A stretch of 47,651 bases of DNA from Pseudomonadota bacterium (GTDB lineage Bacteria > Pseudomonadota > Gammaproteobacteria > Burkholderiales > JALYOK01): contig JANOGO010000312.1 of assembly GCA_031406045.1 (NCBI GenBank), positions 1 to 47,651 on the forward strand, read 5' to 3'. Made by a program: the position numbers and the translations under genes. Of the stretch, positions 45,065 to 47,651 are shown piece after piece. Position 1 is the first letter of the stretch. Each line of letters begins with the position of its first letter. The notes beneath the pieces were generated by a model. That model worked only from the letters and a program-made list of their open reading frames with translations. It made no database searches and was not told the DNA's origin.

Positions 45065-45167
45065 CGATTCCAGGGGGCCGGAATGCGTGCTTATGCACAA
45101 TCGTCATCATTGTGTCAAGAATGTAACGTGGCCGTCAGACAATCCACCCAACAACCCTAACTAATTG

Positions 45168-45340
45168 ATTTAATTTATTTTTTATTTTGCCTGATTTTTG
45201 GGCAGATTAGCCTAAGTCACGGTTTTAAAGGGATGTTGGGGCAGTTGCTGAAGGTTATGTACACAGTTATCCACAGATAATGTGGGTGGTAATAGATTTC
45301 GCCTTTTCTCAACACTGATTGACCCAAAATTTAATTTATT
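45168..45340. repeat. Exact 12-nt AT-only direct repeat flanking a DnaA box
   Basis: 'atttaatttatt' occurs at 45168-45179 and again at 45329-45340, in an AT-rich hemE-priA spacer. Confidence 0.7.
45267..45275 (+). promoter_or_regulatory. Perfect consensus DnaA box TTATCCACA
   Basis: 'agTTATCCACAga' matches the consensus exactly. A 2-mismatch box TTATGTACA lies 12 nt upstream (45255-45263), and 'ccaca gataa tgtgg' forms a small palindrome. Confidence 0.55.
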
Positions 45341-45401
45341 ACTTTAAGTTTCAAGCGTAACTATCCGCTAACAAATCCATGAAAAATTTTCAACTGGTTC
45401 G

Positions 45402-47588
45402 ATGACATTTGCACGAGTCGCACTGGATTTGCCCTTGGCGACAGTGTTTGACTACTTCGCGCCAACGCTAGATTCGGCGGGCATCGGGCGGCGCGTGATT
45501 GTGCCGTTCGGCAAAGCACAGCGGGTCGGAATCATCTTGAGCCTGTCACAAACAACCAAACTTGCTGCAAAGCAAGTTAAGTCAATCATCTCAGTCGACT
45601 ACGCCTCGCCTCGCCTCAATGCCCAGGATTTAGCGTTGCTGCGCTTCGCGTCGGATTACTATCACCACCCGATCGGACAAACGATTTTTAGCGCATTGCC
45701 GCCCGCGTTTAAGTTAATCAATCCGCCCAACCCACGCGCCGCGCCGCAACACTATCGGCTGACGCCCGAAGGCGTGAAACACGCACATGAAACTATCCCA
45801 AAACGCGGGGTAGCGCAGCAAAAATTGCTCGCCGCGCTGAATCAGGAACACCCGACTTCCCTTGAGGCGCTTCGCGCGGTCAACCGCGCCGCGCCGCGTT
45901 TGCTGCGAGAGTGGCTGGCGCTGGGTTGGGTTGAGGCCAACGAAAGTGCCCTTCAAGAGACTTCCACGCCGCGAAGCGATAACCTCAATCTCAATGTGCA
46001 GCAACGCGCTGCCGTCAATGCGATCAGCGCCACGCTCGGCGCGTTTCAATGCCATGTGTTGCACGGCATTACCGGCAGCGGCAAAACCGAGGTCTATCTA
46101 CAAGTGGTTGAACGCGTATTGGCGCGCGGCGAGCAAGCGCTTATTTTGGTGCCGGAGATCAGCCTCACGCCGCAATTGGAAGCGAGATTTCGCGCGCGAT
46201 TTCCCGCCGTTGCGCAGGTCAGCCTGCATAGCGCGTTAGGCGATAGCGCCCGTTACGCCGCGTGGCGCGCCGCTGCGCAGGGCAACGCACAAATTGTGCT
46301 CGGCACGCGGCTGGCGGTATTTACACCGCTGCCCAAACTCGGCTTCATCGTCGTCGACGAAGAACACGACGCCTCGTTCAAGCAGCAGGAAGGCTTGCGC
46401 TATTCGGCACGCGATCTGGCGGTTTATCGCGCCAACGCCGCAAAAATTCCCATCGTGCTCGGTTCCGCGACGCCGTCGCTGGAAAGCTGGGCGCATGCGC
46501 AGCGCGGCCACTACAAGTTGCTCGGGTTGAGCCAACGCGCACACCAACAGGCGACGCTCGCGACCGTTAAACTGATTGATACCCGAGTCAACAAAACGAT
46601 CGACGGACTGACGGACAATTTAACCAAAGCCATCGCGCAACGTTTATTGCGCGGCGAGCAGAGCTTGATTTTCATCAACCGCCGCGGCTACGCGCCGGTG
46701 ATTCATTGCCGCGGTTGCGGCTGGATGGCGGGCTGTCCGCGCTGCTCGACGCGCCTCGTTTTTCATCTGAAAAAGCGCCCGCTGCGTTGCCATTTGTGCG
46801 GGCACATCGAAGCCGCGCCGGAACATTGCCCGCAATGCGGCAACGTCGATTTGCGCCCGGTCGGCGAAGGCACGCAACGCGTCGAGACAGTATTGAGTCA
46901 ACACTTTCCCGAGGCGCGAATTCTGCGCTTGGATCGCGACAGCGTCGCCAATAAAGACGCGTGGCAACAGCACCTCGCCACCATCGCGAGCGGCGCCGCC
47001 GACATTTTGGTCGGCACGCAAATGCTCGCCAAAGGCCACGATTTTCCCAAGCTTACGCTGGTCGGCATGGTCAACGTCGACAGCGGCCTTTATAGCACCG
47101 ACTACCGCGCCGCCGAGCGAACGTTTGCGATGGTGATGCAAGTCGCCGGCCGCGCCGGCCGCGCCGAGCATCCAGGCGAGGTGCTGATCCAAACCGAATT
47201 CCCTGATCATCCGTTATTCCGCGCCGCCGTCAAACAGGATTTTGCCGGCTACGCGGAAATTTTGCTGTGCGAACGCCGCGCCGCCGTATTCCCGCCGTTC
47301 ATTTATCAAGCGCTCTTGCGCATGGAAGCAATACAAGTTGATGCCGTCGCCGGTTTTTCTAAACGCGCAAAATATATCGCCGACAAATTAAGTTCGAGTG
47401 TGACCGTGTATCAGCCGGTCGAAGCAAACATCCAGCGCATCGCCGGAAAAACCCGCTACCAAATCGTCGTGCAATCGGAAAGCCGTGGCGCGTTGCAAAA
47501 TTTTTTGCGCGATTGGCGCGAGAAACTTGGCGAAATTACCGAACGCAAGGTGCGCTGGTCGATCGACGTCGACCCGATTGAGGTTTAG
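45402..47588 (+). CDS. priA: Primosomal protein N' (replication restart helicase)
   Basis: 728 aa. Walker A 'GITGSGKTEVY', 'VVDEEHD', and the Cys-rich insertion 'CRGCGWMAGCPRCSTRLVFHLKKRPLRCHLCGH...CPQCG'. Confidence 0.96.
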   Translation: MTFARVALDLPLATVFDYFAPTLDSAGIGRRVIVPFGKAQRVGIILSLSQTTKLAAKQVKSIISVDYASPRLNAQDLALLRFASDYYHHPIGQTIFSALPPAFKLINPPNPRAAPQHYRLTPEGVKHAHETIPKRGVAQQKLLAALNQEHPTSLEALRAVNRAAPRLLREWLALGWVEANESALQETSTPRSDNLNLNVQQRAAVNAISATLGAFQCHVLHGITGSGKTEVYLQVVERVLARGEQALILVPEISLTPQLEARFRARFPAVAQVSLHSALGDSARYAAWRAAAQGNAQIVLGTRLAVFTPLPKLGFIVVDEEHDASFKQQEGLRYSARDLAVYRANAAKIPIVLGSATPSLESWAHAQRGHYKLLGLSQRAHQQATLATVKLIDTRVNKTIDGLTDNLTKAIAQRLLRGEQSLIFINRRGYAPVIHCRGCGWMAGCPRCSTRLVFHLKKRPLRCHLCGHIEAAPEHCPQCGNVDLRPVGEGTQRVETVLSQHFPEARILRLDRDSVANKDAWQQHLATIASGAADILVGTQMLAKGHDFPKLTLVGMVNVDSGLYSTDYRAAERTFAMVMQVAGRAGRAEHPGEVLIQTEFPDHPLFRAAVKQDFAGYAEILLCERRAAVFPPFIYQALLRMEAIQVDAVAGFSKRAKYIADKLSSSVTVYQPVEANIQRIAGKTRYQIVVQSESRGALQNFLRDWREKLGEITERKVRWSIDVDPIEV

Positions 47589-47604
47589 TTTTCGCTGCAA
47601 ACAA

Positions 47605-47651
47605 TGCCTAGAGAAGCGCATGGATACTGGCTACCAGGGGATATTACTTAG
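47605..47651. repeat. Quasi-palindromic repeat, GAAGARGCGCATGRATA family, copy C (truncated by the window end)
   Basis: 'gcctagagaagcgcatggatactggctaccagg' matches the reverse complement of the 3' end of copy D almost base for base. Confidence 0.5.

Noticed and set aside
45065-45401. Calling this spacer the chromosomal origin (oriC) as a feature.
   Set aside because: There is only one perfect DnaA box, no dnaA/dnaN/gidA context, and I cannot compute GC skew here. It is kept as a hypothesis in the findings, not as an annotation.
1-47651. tRNA, rRNA, tmRNA, riboswitch or integrase/phage signatures.
   Set aside because: Scanning the intergenic regions by eye, I found no T-loop/acceptor-stem pattern (GGTTCGAATCC-type), no rRNA-like segments, no recognisable TPP, glycine, cobalamin or SAM riboswitch cores, and no integrase or recombinase ORFs other than the RAYT.

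Overview
47.6-kb chromosomal segment of a proteobacterium. The gene order aroQ-accB-accC-prmA-DUF3426 and hemE/priA looks beta/gamma-proteobacterial, and GC is mid-50s % by eye. All calls come from reading the ORF translations and the DNA, with no searches run, so start codons and family names are provisional.

Layout, left to right:
- Class II aldolase, NIPSNAP, and pntAA-pntAB-pntB transhydrogenase.
- A 23-codon pqqA missing from the ORF track, followed by a strong bidirectional terminator, with no pqqBCDE.
- A ~10-kb minus-strand polysaccharide/acylation locus: GT, GNAT-like, the exosortase-A-type hydrolase 1/2 pair, ACP, lipoyl-E2, fused E1 alpha/beta, and a second ACP. An OafA-like O-acyltransferase is transcribed divergently.
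- argD-argF-(MORN gene)-argG, then a PfkB kinase.
- A ~16-17-kb aryl-polyene, xanthomonadin-like biosynthetic cluster with a flavin-dependent halogenase, interrupted by a REP-associated tyrosine transposase (RAYT).
- A housekeeping block: dgkA, tpx, gcvH, DUF3426, prmA, accC, accB, aroQ. Here accC carries two in-frame stops.
- NIPSNAP, hemE, an AT-rich spacer with a perfect DnaA box, and priA.

Intergenic spaces hold at least four palindromic repeat families.

Most interesting candidates:
1. The E1/E2 module bracketed by two ACPs next to hydrolases with atypical active sites. It may be an undescribed acyl-ACP-generating decoration system.
2. The halogenase-containing aryl-polyene cluster, which lacks a starter-unit gene.
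3. The hypermutated, doubly nonsense-interrupted accC.
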